Source: Candidatus Latescibacterota bacterium
GTDB taxonomy: Bacteria; Latescibacterota; UBA2968; UBA8231
Reading direction: 5' to 3'
DNA: 64,000 nucleotides
Assembly: GCA_965203175.1 (NCBI GenBank)
Contig: OZ241867.1
Coordinates: forward strand, 5,376,001-5,440,000
In this document: positions 27,863-37,413 of the stretch, piece after piece
Layout: each line of letters begins with the position of its first letter
Position numbering within the stretch: position 1 is the first letter of the stretch
The notes under the pieces: generated by a model
Seen by the model: the letters and a program-made list of their open reading frames with translations, nothing else
What the model was told of the DNA's origin: nothing
The model's database searches: none
Translations under genes and position numbers: made by a program

Positions 27863-29311
27863 ATGCGCGCCGCAGTTGTATTTCGGGTCCTAGGCGTTCT
27901 GCTGACGCTGTTTAGCGTCAGCATGTTAGTGCCCGTCGGCGTATCCCTCCTCTACCGCGACGGAGCGGCAACCGCCTTTCTGTTGGCCTTTGCCATTACG
28001 CTCGTCACTGGACTTGCGTGCTGGTTGCCCACGCGCAAGCAGCGCGCCGAGTTGCGGATCCGGGACGGCTTTTTGGTAACAGTCTTGTTCTGGGCCGTCT
28101 TGGGCCTTTACGGCTCCTTTCCGCTGATGTTGTCTCACCAGCCCGAACTGAGCATTACTGACGCCGTATTCGAGTCCCTCTCTGGCTTGACCACGACCGG
28201 TGCCACCGTCATCCAAGGCCTAGACGACCTGCCCCGCTCTATCCTGTTATACCGCCAGCAGCTCCAGTGGTTGGGTGGCATGGGCATCATCGTCCTCGCC
28301 ATCGCCGTGTTGCCGATGCTCGGCATTGGTGGTATGCAGCTTTTTCGCGCTGAGATCACCGGCCCCATTAAGGATTCAAAGCTGACGCCTCGGATTACCC
28401 AGACCGCCAAAGCCCTTTGGTATATCTACTTGAGTTTGACTGTGGCCTGTGCCCTGGCCTATTGGCTGGCCGGCATGGAACCGTTCGACGCCATCGCCCA
28501 CAGCTTTTCAACGGTTGCCATCGGTGGTTTCTCAACCCACGACGCCAGCATCGGCTTTTTTAACAGCCAAGCCATCGAGCTGGTTGCCGTCTTTTTTATC
28601 GTGCTGTCGGGCATCAACTTCACGTTGCACTTCTACGCCTTCCGCCAGCGGTCGCTGCATCCGTATCGCATTGACCCGGAATGCCGCACCTACCTAGTTC
28701 TCTTACTAATCACCGCCCTAATCGCTTGGCTGATCCTCTTTACCCACAACGAGCACGACGCTCTCGCGTCCCTGCGCTACGGCCTCTTCGCCACTGTATC
28801 CATTGTAACCACCACGGGATTTAGCATTGCGGACCATTCGGTCTGGCCCAGCGTGCTGCCGTTTTTGTTGTTCCTCGGCTCGTTTACCGGTGGCTGCGCC
28901 GGCTCAACGGCAGGGGGCATAAAAGTGATGCGCCTGCTGCTCATTCTAAAGCAGGGTAACCGAGAGATTATGCGCCTGATCCATCCCAACGCCGTCCTCC
29001 CCATCAAGGTGGGGCTGCGGGCTGTCCCCGATCGGGTCATGGAAGCGGTGTGGGGATTTTTCTCGGTGTACGTACTGACGTTCACGATCATGTTCATCGC
29101 CGTGCTCGCCACCGATTTGGATCTGACTACGTCTTTTTCAGCGGTAGCCGCCTGCATCAACAACTTGGGACCGGGCTTGGGGGAAGTCGTCCACCATTAC
29201 GGCGACATCAATTCGGTCGCCAAGTGGATCCTCTGCTTTGCTATGCTGATTGGGAGACTGGAGGTTTTTACGCTCTTGGTGCTGTTCAGTCCGGCGTTTT
29301 GGCGCAAGTAA
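27863..29311 (+). CDS. trkH: Trk potassium uptake system, membrane subunit
   Basis: 'FESLSGLTTTGAT', 'QWLGGMGIIV', 'FSTVAIGGFS', 'GGCAGSTAGGIK', 'NNLGPGLG', 'GRLEVFT'. Confidence 0.95.
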   Translation: MRAAVVFRVLGVLLTLFSVSMLVPVGVSLLYRDGAATAFLLAFAITLVTGLACWLPTRKQRAELRIRDGFLVTVLFWAVLGLYGSFPLMLSHQPELSITDAVFESLSGLTTTGATVIQGLDDLPRSILLYRQQLQWLGGMGIIVLAIAVLPMLGIGGMQLFRAEITGPIKDSKLTPRITQTAKALWYIYLSLTVACALAYWLAGMEPFDAIAHSFSTVAIGGFSTHDASIGFFNSQAIELVAVFFIVLSGINFTLHFYAFRQRSLHPYRIDPECRTYLVLLLITALIAWLILFTHNEHDALASLRYGLFATVSIVTTTGFSIADHSVWPSVLPFLLFLGSFTGGCAGSTAGGIKVMRLLLILKQGNREIMRLIHPNAVLPIKVGLRAVPDRVMEAVWGFFSVYVLTFTIMFIAVLATDLDLTTSFSAVAACINNLGPGLGEVVHHYGDINSVAKWILCFAMLIGRLEVFTLLVLFSPAFWRK

Positions 29312-29858
29312 TATCCGCGGCAATGGCCGCGAGTGCTTCCCACAGATAGGCCGCCAAGCTGTAATCGACCCACAGGCGGTACGCGCGCTGCCCATCCTCG
29401 CCGCGCGGCAACACCCCGCAAGCCGCCCCAGCCACCTGCGTGTACACCATCCGCTCTGCTGGCTCACGAGCCAAATCCACCGCGCAAGCCTGCGCCAAAA
29501 TGCCCTCGGCATCATTTCCTTGCACCACCAAGGTCACCGACTGCTGCTCCACCCGATAGACCCCGTCCTCCACAGCTTTCAACGCCGCGTCCAGACGCGC
29601 CCATAGCTCATCTTCGGGCTGGCACTCCAAGATCAGTTCGCCCGCGCCCACCCGCGCCAAAACCCCATCCGCTCCCACGGGCCGCGTGTCGTAGATCCGC
29701 TCCGGCAATGCGAGCGCGTGCTGCTCGGCCCACTCGACCAAGCGCGGACCTTTGGCCCCGAGCTTGACCATATCAACCGGATGATGCAAAGCGGCCTGCA
29801 CCGGAGCGGGTGCGTCGGCGACGAGATGGGCGATGGGGCTTTTGCGCGTCGTGGTCAT
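29286..29858 (-). CDS. mgdD: N-methylglutamate dehydrogenase/sarcosine oxidase gamma subunit
   Basis: SoxG-like: 'KLGAKGP...W', 'LARVGAGELIL', 'ILAQACAVDL', 'TQVAG', 'YRLWVDYSLAAYLWEAL'. Start at 29858 or 29936. The 3' end overlaps the convergent trkH by 26 bp. Confidence 0.75.
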   Translation of the reverse strand: MTTTRKSPIAHLVADAPAPVQAALHHPVDMVKLGAKGPRLVEWAEQHALALPERIYDTRPVGADGVLARVGAGELILECQPEDELWARLDAALKAVEDGVYRVEQQSVTLVVQGNDAEGILAQACAVDLAREPAERMVYTQVAGAACGVLPRGEDGQRAYRLWVDYSLAAYLWEALAAIAADITCAKTPD

Positions 29859-29939
29859 AGGGTTGGCCCCGTTGTCGGTCTGCTCGCGCTCTGTGTTGGA
29901 AGGTGTCCGTCGCGTTGTAGTCATTGTGTTTCGCATTCT

Positions 29940-30245
29940 CTACGCCATTATCCGCCGAGGTTTAACGCGCTCGGCGATGCGCTGGCCCACCTCGATCTCG
30001 GCTCGGCGCAACTCATAGGTCTTCTGCAAATTCAACCAGACCTGCGGCGTCGTCCCGAAATAGCGCGCTAGCCTGAGCGCTATTTCGGCGGTTACATCAC
30101 GCTGACCGTTAAGGATCGCAGTAATGCAGTCCGGCGACACATCCAGCGCCTCAGCCAACTCGTTAGCCGACAAGCCGAGCGTCTCAAGTTCCTCGCACAA
30201 TATCTCACCCGGATGCACCGGTCTCATACCGTTTTTTACGCTCAT
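29940..30245 (-). CDS. higA: HigA family addiction-module antitoxin (XRE HTH)
   Basis: 'MRPVHPGEIL.EEL..LGLSANELAEALDV...ITAILNGQRDVTAEIALRLARYFGTTPQVWLNLQKTYEL'. Confidence 0.92.
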   Translation of the reverse strand: MSVKNGMRPVHPGEILCEELETLGLSANELAEALDVSPDCITAILNGQRDVTAEIALRLARYFGTTPQVWLNLQKTYELRRAEIEVGQRIAERVKPRRIMA

Positions 30246-30259
30246 GTCCTTACTCCCAG

Positions 30260-30340
30260 TTAGTGATAATCCACGATCTCTACGTCAAAAGGCTCATTAT
30301 CCTTCCAGCGGAAGCATATTCGCCATTGCCGATTGATCCG
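30260..30340 (-). pseudogene. higB: C-terminal remnant (26 codons) of a HigB/RelE toxin
   Basis: Manual translation RINRQWRICFRWKDNEPFDVEIVDYH*, the canonical HigB C-terminus, directly upstream of higA. The 5' part is replaced by the DUF6785-like gene. Confidence 0.88.
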
Positions 30341-30350
30341 ATAACAAAAA

Positions 30351-32312
30351 TTAATACACCGGCAGACGATTGCCCACCATCCCCGTGAACCCATCGACGA
30401 TGAGCCAGATCCCCGCAGTAACGATCTGGCCGAGAGCTATGCCGAGGAAGAAGGGCACGGTCTTGTGATAGAGCGCCGCGCCCCCAAAGCGGAGCACCAA
30501 AGTCTTGAAGAACCAAGCGAGAAAAATCGCGAACCAGATATGGTTCATGACCCAAGCCATACTCGCGGCAAAGCCCAAAGGATGCAGCGGCCACCAAGCC
30601 CAGTGGTTGCGCGCACCAATCAACGCACTCATCAGCAGCGCACCACCGCCGGTCCACAGCCAGCCGACGGCGTCCGGGCCGGTGGGATGGAGTAGTTGCT
30701 GCGCGGCGAACTTGGACGGCTCGGCGGCAAAGGTGGAAAAATACTGCTGGTGGAGGTTGACGGCTCCGTGCGTATAGGCCAAGCGCAGCGTGTACCAAGT
30801 CGATAGCATAAGGCTGATGAACATGGCCGCGGCCAAGCCCCACAGCAACCGGCGGCGATCCCCCGCCAATTCGCTGCCCAAACGCAGACTATTGGCCAAA
30901 GGAGCGGTCATAAAAACCAACAGGTCGCCGACCCAGACCAAGGTATAGCCCAGCGCCACCACGCCCGGCGCACCCAAGGCTGGCACACCGACGGTACTGA
31001 TGGTAAATCCAGCGGGAATCATGCCCGAAGTAATAGTTGGAGTACCAGCCTCGGCGATGATGCGCGTCAGCGCGACCAAAAGACCCAGTGCCACCACCAC
31101 CACCAACGCGGCGACCCACACCGGTAACCCACTCTGCCACAGCCACAGCACCATGCCCGCCGTGCCCAAAACCAAGCCGACGACGGAGAAGCGATAGGAC
31201 GCCATTTCCCCTTCGTCTTGCCTAGGGCGCAAAAAGCGGCGTCCAACCTCGGTTAGATGGGCGCGGGCCGTCCACAAGCTATAAGCGACGAGCACGGCGC
31301 AGGCCCCTATCATCTGGTGCCCCATCCCCGGATCGGACCACGGCAATTCGGCGGTATGCTGCAAATGCAGACTGTGCAACAGGCCCTCTTGCAGGGCATG
31401 GATCAGATAGAAAACCCAAAGGCTAAAGGAGAGCTGAACGCCGATGAGATAGGCGAAGCCAAGCATCAGGAAGTTGACGTCGAGGCGCAGGACCACGATC
31501 TGCCGCAGCAGCGACAGCCGCGTATCCAGCACGGGCGAAGGCATGGCGGGGAAATAGTGATGCAGGGCCCCTAAGCTGCCGAGGAAAAAGGGAATAGCCA
31601 AGCCCAGCCAAACGAGGCGTTGGCGGAAAAAGGGCGCGAGCCTGCTTTCCTCCGCACCTTGAATCATAGCCAGCGGCACTTGCGCTAAAGGATAGGCCAG
31701 TCGCTCGTTATCGACCCACTGGCGGCGCAGGATATTCATCAGACATATCAGAGACAGATAGAACGCCGCGTAGAAGGCCAGCCAACGCCCCAAGGGCACC
31801 AACCAAGCGTCCCAAGGGATCGGCGCATCGCGGCCCACGCCCTCGTAAAAGTCCCGGATAGCCTCTATGTCCGCGACGACCATCCAGTCGGCCAAATGGG
31901 GATGGATCAACTCGGCCCACTGGTTTTCTGGAGTAGCGTAGTAGAAGGTGCCGGTGATCATCGGCAGGAGCAGCCCCACCACGCCGCGCGTGGGAATGGC
32001 CGTGGCCACTGCCATCATCGCAAAGATCGTCACCAATTCGCCGCGGCCAAACGCCCACTCCCGCCGCACCGCCCCCAAGCCCACCTGCACGGTCACCAAT
32101 AGCACAAACAACAAGAAAAACGCCGCGGGCGTCGCCGACGAAAGCCCCAGTCGCGACCCTTGTATCACCATGCCCCCATAGGGCACGCCGATGGCGATAA
32201 GAGCCGCCAAGAGGCCGCCGGTGAGTAGGGCGCGCCCCGTAGCACCCCGGCCCGTGGTCTGGTCTCGGCGCACTACGCGGCGACGATAGACAGCCGGTAT
32301 TTGTCGGAGCAA
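30351..32312 (-). CDS. DUF6785/DUF6784-like polytopic membrane protein, tandem copy B
   Basis: 653 aa, TTG start after AGGAAAGGA. Motifs 'FYYATPENQW', 'RRQWVDNERLAYPL', 'TRIIAEAG', 'WWPLHPLGF'. Confidence 0.8.
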   Translation of the reverse strand: MLRQIPAVYRRRVVRRDQTTGRGATGRALLTGGLLAALIAIGVPYGGMVIQGSRLGLSSATPAAFFLLFVLLVTVQVGLGAVRREWAFGRGELVTIFAMMAVATAIPTRGVVGLLLPMITGTFYYATPENQWAELIHPHLADWMVVADIEAIRDFYEGVGRDAPIPWDAWLVPLGRWLAFYAAFYLSLICLMNILRRQWVDNERLAYPLAQVPLAMIQGAEESRLAPFFRQRLVWLGLAIPFFLGSLGALHHYFPAMPSPVLDTRLSLLRQIVVLRLDVNFLMLGFAYLIGVQLSFSLWVFYLIHALQEGLLHSLHLQHTAELPWSDPGMGHQMIGACAVLVAYSLWTARAHLTEVGRRFLRPRQDEGEMASYRFSVVGLVLGTAGMVLWLWQSGLPVWVAALVVVVALGLLVALTRIIAEAGTPTITSGMIPAGFTISTVGVPALGAPGVVALGYTLVWVGDLLVFMTAPLANSLRLGSELAGDRRRLLWGLAAAMFISLMLSTWYTLRLAYTHGAVNLHQQYFSTFAAEPSKFAAQQLLHPTGPDAVGWLWTGGGALLMSALIGARNHWAWWPLHPLGFAASMAWVMNHIWFAIFLAWFFKTLVLRFGGAALYHKTVPFFLGIALGQIVTAGIWLIVDGFTGMVGNRLPVY

Positions 32313-32433
32313 GACCAGTCCTTTCCTAGCGCCGCCCCGACAATGTCTGATACGCTACCAAGGCCCTGTGGACATTCAACGAAGGTCTCTTACCGCACAG
32401 GTCGAGGCTTCGGTCAGTGAGGGCGGCTTCTAG

Positions 32434-32577
32434 GATATCTGCGGCAATGGCGGCGAGCGCTTCCCACAGATAGGCCGCTAAGCTATAATCGACCCACAGA
32501 CGATACGCGCGCTGCCCATCCTCGCCGCGCGGCAACACTCCGCAAGCCGCTCCAGCCACCTGCGTGTACACCATCAT
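32434..32577 (-). pseudogene. Duplicated 3' fragment (47 codons) of mgdD/soxG
   Basis: 32434-32574 aligns to 29310-29450 and encodes the identical peptide MVYTQ...AIAADI. Confidence 0.9.
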
Positions 32578-34541
32578 TAATACACCGGCAGGCTATTGCC
32601 CACCGTCCCAATGAACCCATCTACGACGAGCCAGATCCCCGCAGTAACGATCTGGCCGAGAGCTATGCTGAGGAAGAAAGGCACGGTCTTTTGGTAGAGC
32701 GCCGCGCCCCCAAAGCGGAGCACTAAGGTCTTGACGAACCAAGCGAGAAAAATCGCGAACCAGATATGATCCATGACCCAGGCCATGCTCGCGGCAAAGC
32801 CCAAAGGATGCAGCGGCCACCAAGCCCAGTGGTTGCGCGCACCAATCAGCGCACTCATCAGCAGCGCACCGCCGCCGGTCCACAGCCAGCCAATGGCATC
32901 CGGGCCGGTGGGATGGAGTAGTTTTTGCGCGGCGAACTTGGACGGCGCGGCGGCAAAGGTGGAAAAGTACTGTTGGTGGAGGTTGACGGCTCCGTGCGTA
33001 TAGGCCAAGCGCAGCGTGTACCAAGTCGACAGCACAAGGCTGATGAGCATGGCCGCGGCCAAACCCCACAGCAACCGGCGGCGATCCCCCGCCAACTCGC
33101 TGCCCAAGCGCAGACTATTGGCCAAGGGAGCGGTCATAAAAACCAGCAGATCGTTGAACCAGACAAAGGTATAGCCCAGCGCCACCACGCCCGGCGCACC
33201 CAAGGCCGGCACACCGACAGCACTGACGGTAAATCCAGCGGGAATCATACCCGAAGTAATAGTGGGAGTACCAGCCTCGGCGATGATGCGCGTCAGCGCG
33301 ACCAAAAGACCCAGTGCCACCACCACCACCAACGCGGCGGTCCACATTGGCAACCCGCTCTGCCACAGCCACAGCACCATGCCCGCCGTGCCCAAGACCA
33401 AACCGACGACGGAGAAGCGATAGGACGCCATTTCTCCTTCGTCTTTCCCAGGGTGCAAAAAGCGGCGTCCGACCTCGGCCAGATGAGCGCGGGCCGTCCA
33501 CAAACCATAAACGACGAGCACGGCGCAGGCCCCTATCATCTGGTGCCCCATCCCCGCCTCGGACCAGTACCCCAACTCGTCGGTGTGGTGCAAATGCAGG
33601 CTCTCGAGCAGGCCCTCTTGCAGGGCGTGGATCAGATAGAAAACCCAAAGGCTAAAGGAGAGTTGAACGCCAATGAGGTAGGCGAAACCGAGCATCAGGA
33701 AGTTGATGTTGAGGCGCAAGACAACCATCTCTCGCAGCAGCGACAGCTGCGTCCTCAGCACGGGCGAAGGTATGGCGGGGAAGTAGTGATGCAGGGCATC
33801 TAAACTGCCGAGGACAAAGGGAATGGCTAATCCCAGCCAGACGAGGCGCTGGCGGAAAAAGGGCGCGATCCGGCTTTCCTCTGCGCCTTGGACCATGGCC
33901 AGCGGCACTTGCGCTAAAGGATAGGCTAGCCGCTCGTTATCGACCCACTGGCGGCGCAGGATATTCATCAGGCATATCAAAGCCAGATAGAACGCCGTGT
34001 AGAACGCTAGCCAGCGCCCCAAGGGCACTAACCAGGCATCCCAAGGGATCGGCGCATCGCGTCCTGCACCCTCGTAGAAGGTCTTGATGGCGTCTATGTC
34101 TGCAACGACCATCCAGTCGGCCAAGTGGGGATGGATCAGCTCGGCCCATTGGTTTTCCGGGGTGGCGTAGTAGAAGGTGCCGGTAATCATCGGCAGCAGC
34201 ATCCCCACCACGCCGCGCGTGGGAATGGCCGTGGCCACCGCCATCATCGCAAAGATCGTCAGCAACTCGCCACGGCCAAACGCCCACTCCCGCCGCACCG
34301 CCCCCAAGCCCACCTGCACGGTCAGCAGCAGCACGAACAACAAGAAAAACGCCGCTGGCGTCGCCGACGAAAGCCCCAGCCGCGACCCTTGCATCACCAT
34401 GCCCCCATAGGGCACGCCGATGGCAATGAGAGCTGCCAAGAGGCCGCCTGTGAGCAGAGCGCGTCCCGTAGCACCCCGGCCCGTGGTCTGGTCGCGGCGC
34501 ACTACGCGCTGGCGATAGACAGCCGGTATTTGTCGGAGCAA
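32577..34541 (-). CDS. DUF6785/DUF6784-like polytopic membrane protein, tandem copy A
   Basis: 654 aa, near-identical to copy B, with the same TTG start context. Confidence 0.8.
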   Translation of the reverse strand: MLRQIPAVYRQRVVRRDQTTGRGATGRALLTGGLLAALIAIGVPYGGMVMQGSRLGLSSATPAAFFLLFVLLLTVQVGLGAVRREWAFGRGELLTIFAMMAVATAIPTRGVVGMLLPMITGTFYYATPENQWAELIHPHLADWMVVADIDAIKTFYEGAGRDAPIPWDAWLVPLGRWLAFYTAFYLALICLMNILRRQWVDNERLAYPLAQVPLAMVQGAEESRIAPFFRQRLVWLGLAIPFVLGSLDALHHYFPAIPSPVLRTQLSLLREMVVLRLNINFLMLGFAYLIGVQLSFSLWVFYLIHALQEGLLESLHLHHTDELGYWSEAGMGHQMIGACAVLVVYGLWTARAHLAEVGRRFLHPGKDEGEMASYRFSVVGLVLGTAGMVLWLWQSGLPMWTAALVVVVALGLLVALTRIIAEAGTPTITSGMIPAGFTVSAVGVPALGAPGVVALGYTFVWFNDLLVFMTAPLANSLRLGSELAGDRRRLLWGLAAAMLISLVLSTWYTLRLAYTHGAVNLHQQYFSTFAAAPSKFAAQKLLHPTGPDAIGWLWTGGGALLMSALIGARNHWAWWPLHPLGFAASMAWVMDHIWFAIFLAWFVKTLVLRFGGAALYQKTVPFFLSIALGQIVTAGIWLVVDGFIGTVGNSLPVY

Positions 34542-34810
34542 GACCAGTCCTTTCCTAGCGCCGCCCCAACAACGCCTGATACGCCACCAAGGCCCTGACT
34601 ACGTGGACATTCCGCGAAGGTCTCTTACCGTACATCGGGAGTTGGGGTCGGGGCTTCGGTCGGCGGCGAGGGGATCGGCGCGGTAGCTAAAGAAGAGCAA
34701 TACAGCGCAGCGAGGATGGGTTTGGGTAAGGATAGGAAGGGCGGAAGAGAGAGGCAAATAGGGAGTGCGCGTTTGGAACCTTTGCCTATACTGTTTAGTC
34801 ATTTCAACGT

Positions 34811-37333
34811 ATGTTCCCACCAATAGTAATAGTCTGGTTCGCCTTCTTTCTCTTGGGATACTGCGCGGCTGATTCCCAGGCCGAGGTCGTGGTACAGGGC
34901 ATAGTGCTCGATGCGGAGACAGGCGAAACCCTGCCGCGGGCCAACATCGAGGTGGTGGGCCAAGCGTGGGGAACTATCGGCGATGGCAAGGGGGCCTTTC
35001 GGCTGGTGGTAGATGCGTTGCCGGTGACGCTCAGGGCGACGCACATAGGATACGCGCCCGTCGAGTTGCTGGTGGCCGAGGCCGGCCCTCTAGAATTCCG
35101 TTTGCAGCCGATACCCTTCGAGATAGAGGGCCTGATTATCAACGGCGGCGACCCAGCGGTGCGCATCATGCGCGAAGTGATCCGCCGCAAACGCGCGTGG
35201 GCACCGCTTGCGCACCGCTACCGGGTCGAGGCGCATACGCGGCAGGTCCTCTACAGCAATCAGTACATCGCGGCGATCCGCGAGAGCCTAGCCGAGCTGT
35301 ATCGAGATCGAGACAAAGGACTGCGCGAGCAGTTAAAGGCCAAAAAGCACACGGCCAACGTGAGCACTTCAATGCAGGTCTTTGCAGCGTCGAAGTATCT
35401 GTTCAACCTCTACGACGACGAAATCGCGCTCCACGGGCAGATTTTCACAGGGCCGACGCACCCGCAGGCACTGGAGCACTACTCTTTCCAACTAGTCGGC
35501 CACAAGGACGACCACTACTTCATCTCGATACAGCCAAAAACCAATGCCTTGCCCGGATGGACGGGCGCGCTGGTCGTCCAAGACGGCGAGTATGCCCTAG
35601 TGGAGGCACAGCTTTGGCCGAACCGCCGACTTCATCCGGTCGGTTTCTCAACGGAGAACGGGCTTGGCTACCGGCTCAAGCAGCACTTTGCCCGCTTCGC
35701 GCATGGAGCTTGGTTGCCGGTGGAGACCGAATACGAGATCGAAGGACGGTTGGGCACGACAACCGGCGGCGAACGCATCCGTCGCCTCCGCAGCGCGCCC
35801 ACGCCGCAGGCGCGGTTGCGCGGCTGGACCTGGCTCAAAGGCTATGAGTTCGACGCGCCGTCGGTCGATTATGCGTTCGCTATAGAACAAGCGCTCTTGG
35901 TCGAGCCGCACTCGCCGACCTGGGACAAGTTTCTAGACAAACGGCGAGCGGAGCGGCCCTTGACCCGCCGAGAAGCGCAGGCTTTTGCGGACTTACAACA
36001 AGGGTTCAAGCCGCTGGCCGAGCAGGCGGTCGCCGCACTCTACCGGCTCCACGAACAGCAGGTGGACGAGGAGGTGCCCGCCGCGATCAAGGAGGATCCG
36101 CTGGCGCGAAAAAGCTTGATCAACGACGAGCTCTTGCGCTATGTCGTCGCCGGGGCGACCGGGATCCACCTCGACACGAGCTTGACGTTCTTCGGCCAGC
36201 ACGTAGTAGAAATCCCAGCCGCGGTCAGGGGCAAGCTCACGCCGGAATTGTGGGTCAACCGCGTCGATGCACTGCATTTCGGCGCGCGCTGGCGCGGCAC
36301 CAACCTGCTCGGCCAGCGCACGGGGATCTACTTCAAGGGGGGCTACAACACCGGGCACGGGCGCTTCTTTGCCGGCGTGGGGTCAAAGCGGATCTGGGGT
36401 GCGGATGGCCGCAGCTTCACGGGCCTGTCCTATCAGCGCGGCACCGTTCCGCGCTATCCTTCGTCGCTCTATACACTCGCCGACAACAGCTATCCCTTTC
36501 TGCTCAGTCTCGACGACTACTTCGACTTCTACTGGCGGACCCGCTGGCGCGCCGAGGCGGGCTATCGCTTGGCGCAGCACAGCGTCCTGACACTGGCGTT
36601 CAATAGGGAACGGCATAGCAGCTTGCGCAAGGAGACAGACTTCAGCTTCTGCCGCACGCAGTCCAAAGGCAGTTATGTATATAAGTACCTCTGCGCCGAC
36701 CGGGACCTGACCTACAGGGATAATCCCCCAATCCGCGCGGGGCGCATGACGTCGCTGGAGCTAGTGCTCGACCTAGGGGGACTCGACCCCAAGGCGTGGC
36801 ATCGCACCCGGCTCGCGGCCGAGTACAGCGACGAATGGCTGGGGAGCTTTGCCCGTTTTGTTCGCCTAGATGCCCGGCTCGACTGGCACGTCGAGCCAGC
36901 GCAGGGCAGGCTCTGGCCGGCCGAGTCCAACTATCGGCTCCAGGCCGGTGCGGGTCTTGGTCAGGTGCCGATTCAGCGCTACGGGACCCTAGATGCTGGT
37001 CTGGTGATCGTCGCCCCCTTTGGCACATTTAAAACCCTGCGCAACCGCCCATACACAGGCCAGCACTATGCGGGATTTTTCTGGGAACAGCGCTGGCGAA
37101 CCGGCCTCTTCGAGCGGTTGGGGCTAGGGTGGCGCGCCCAGCGCTGGGGATTAGGTTGGGCACTGCACGGGGCTGCGGGCCGAGTTTGGGACCTTGCCGA
37201 GGACCCACCTACACGCCTCCACCACGAACTCGGCTTATCGCTGACCCTGCTCGATTATCTCAATGTAGAATACACCCGCAGACTAGATCGCCAAGGGAAG
37301 TACTGGAGTCTGAGCGCGAAGAAGGCATTTTGA
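34811..37333 (+). CDS. Outer-membrane protein with N-terminal carboxypeptidase-regulatory-like domain (DUF5686-like architecture)
   Basis: 'VQGIVLDAETGETLPRANIEV...GTIGDGKGAFRL...THIGY', 'DPAVRIMREVIRRK', 'GPTHPQALEHYSFQL', 'NRVDALHFG'. C-terminal beta-strands end in F. Confidence 0.7.
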   Translation: MFPPIVIVWFAFFLLGYCAADSQAEVVVQGIVLDAETGETLPRANIEVVGQAWGTIGDGKGAFRLVVDALPVTLRATHIGYAPVELLVAEAGPLEFRLQPIPFEIEGLIINGGDPAVRIMREVIRRKRAWAPLAHRYRVEAHTRQVLYSNQYIAAIRESLAELYRDRDKGLREQLKAKKHTANVSTSMQVFAASKYLFNLYDDEIALHGQIFTGPTHPQALEHYSFQLVGHKDDHYFISIQPKTNALPGWTGALVVQDGEYALVEAQLWPNRRLHPVGFSTENGLGYRLKQHFARFAHGAWLPVETEYEIEGRLGTTTGGERIRRLRSAPTPQARLRGWTWLKGYEFDAPSVDYAFAIEQALLVEPHSPTWDKFLDKRRAERPLTRREAQAFADLQQGFKPLAEQAVAALYRLHEQQVDEEVPAAIKEDPLARKSLINDELLRYVVAGATGIHLDTSLTFFGQHVVEIPAAVRGKLTPELWVNRVDALHFGARWRGTNLLGQRTGIYFKGGYNTGHGRFFAGVGSKRIWGADGRSFTGLSYQRGTVPRYPSSLYTLADNSYPFLLSLDDYFDFYWRTRWRAEAGYRLAQHSVLTLAFNRERHSSLRKETDFSFCRTQSKGSYVYKYLCADRDLTYRDNPPIRAGRMTSLELVLDLGGLDPKAWHRTRLAAEYSDEWLGSFARFVRLDARLDWHVEPAQGRLWPAESNYRLQAGAGLGQVPIQRYGTLDAGLVIVAPFGTFKTLRNRPYTGQHYAGFFWEQRWRTGLFERLGLGWRAQRWGLGWALHGAAGRVWDLAEDPPTRLHHELGLSLTLLDYLNVEYTRRLDRQGKYWSLSAKKAF

Positions 37334-37413
37334 GAGGGCCAGTTGTACTGACTAACGACAGAGTCTTTACTTTTTGTGGACGCGCTTGCTAATATCGAAG
37401 AGTATCTAGCCTC

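Larger units (their letters stand above)
30351..34670. repeat. Diverged tandem duplication of a ~2.1 kb unit (gene plus ~100-bp leader)
   Basis: Units at about 30351-32425 and 32577-34670. The leaders share GACCAGTCCTTTCCTAGCGCCGCCCC...CCAAGGCCCTG...TGGACATT..CGAAGGTCTCTTACCG. Confidence 0.9.

Noticed and set aside
29859-29936. Repeated 'MTTTR' starts upstream of mgdD as a target-site duplication
   Set aside because: Only about 15 bp with several mismatches; insufficient to call.
29310-32574. mgdD/fragment pair (and the HAD pair) as a diversity-generating retroelement TR/VR
   Set aside because: Mismatches are not restricted to adenines on one strand, they are synonymous in the mgdD case, and no reverse transcriptase is in the window.
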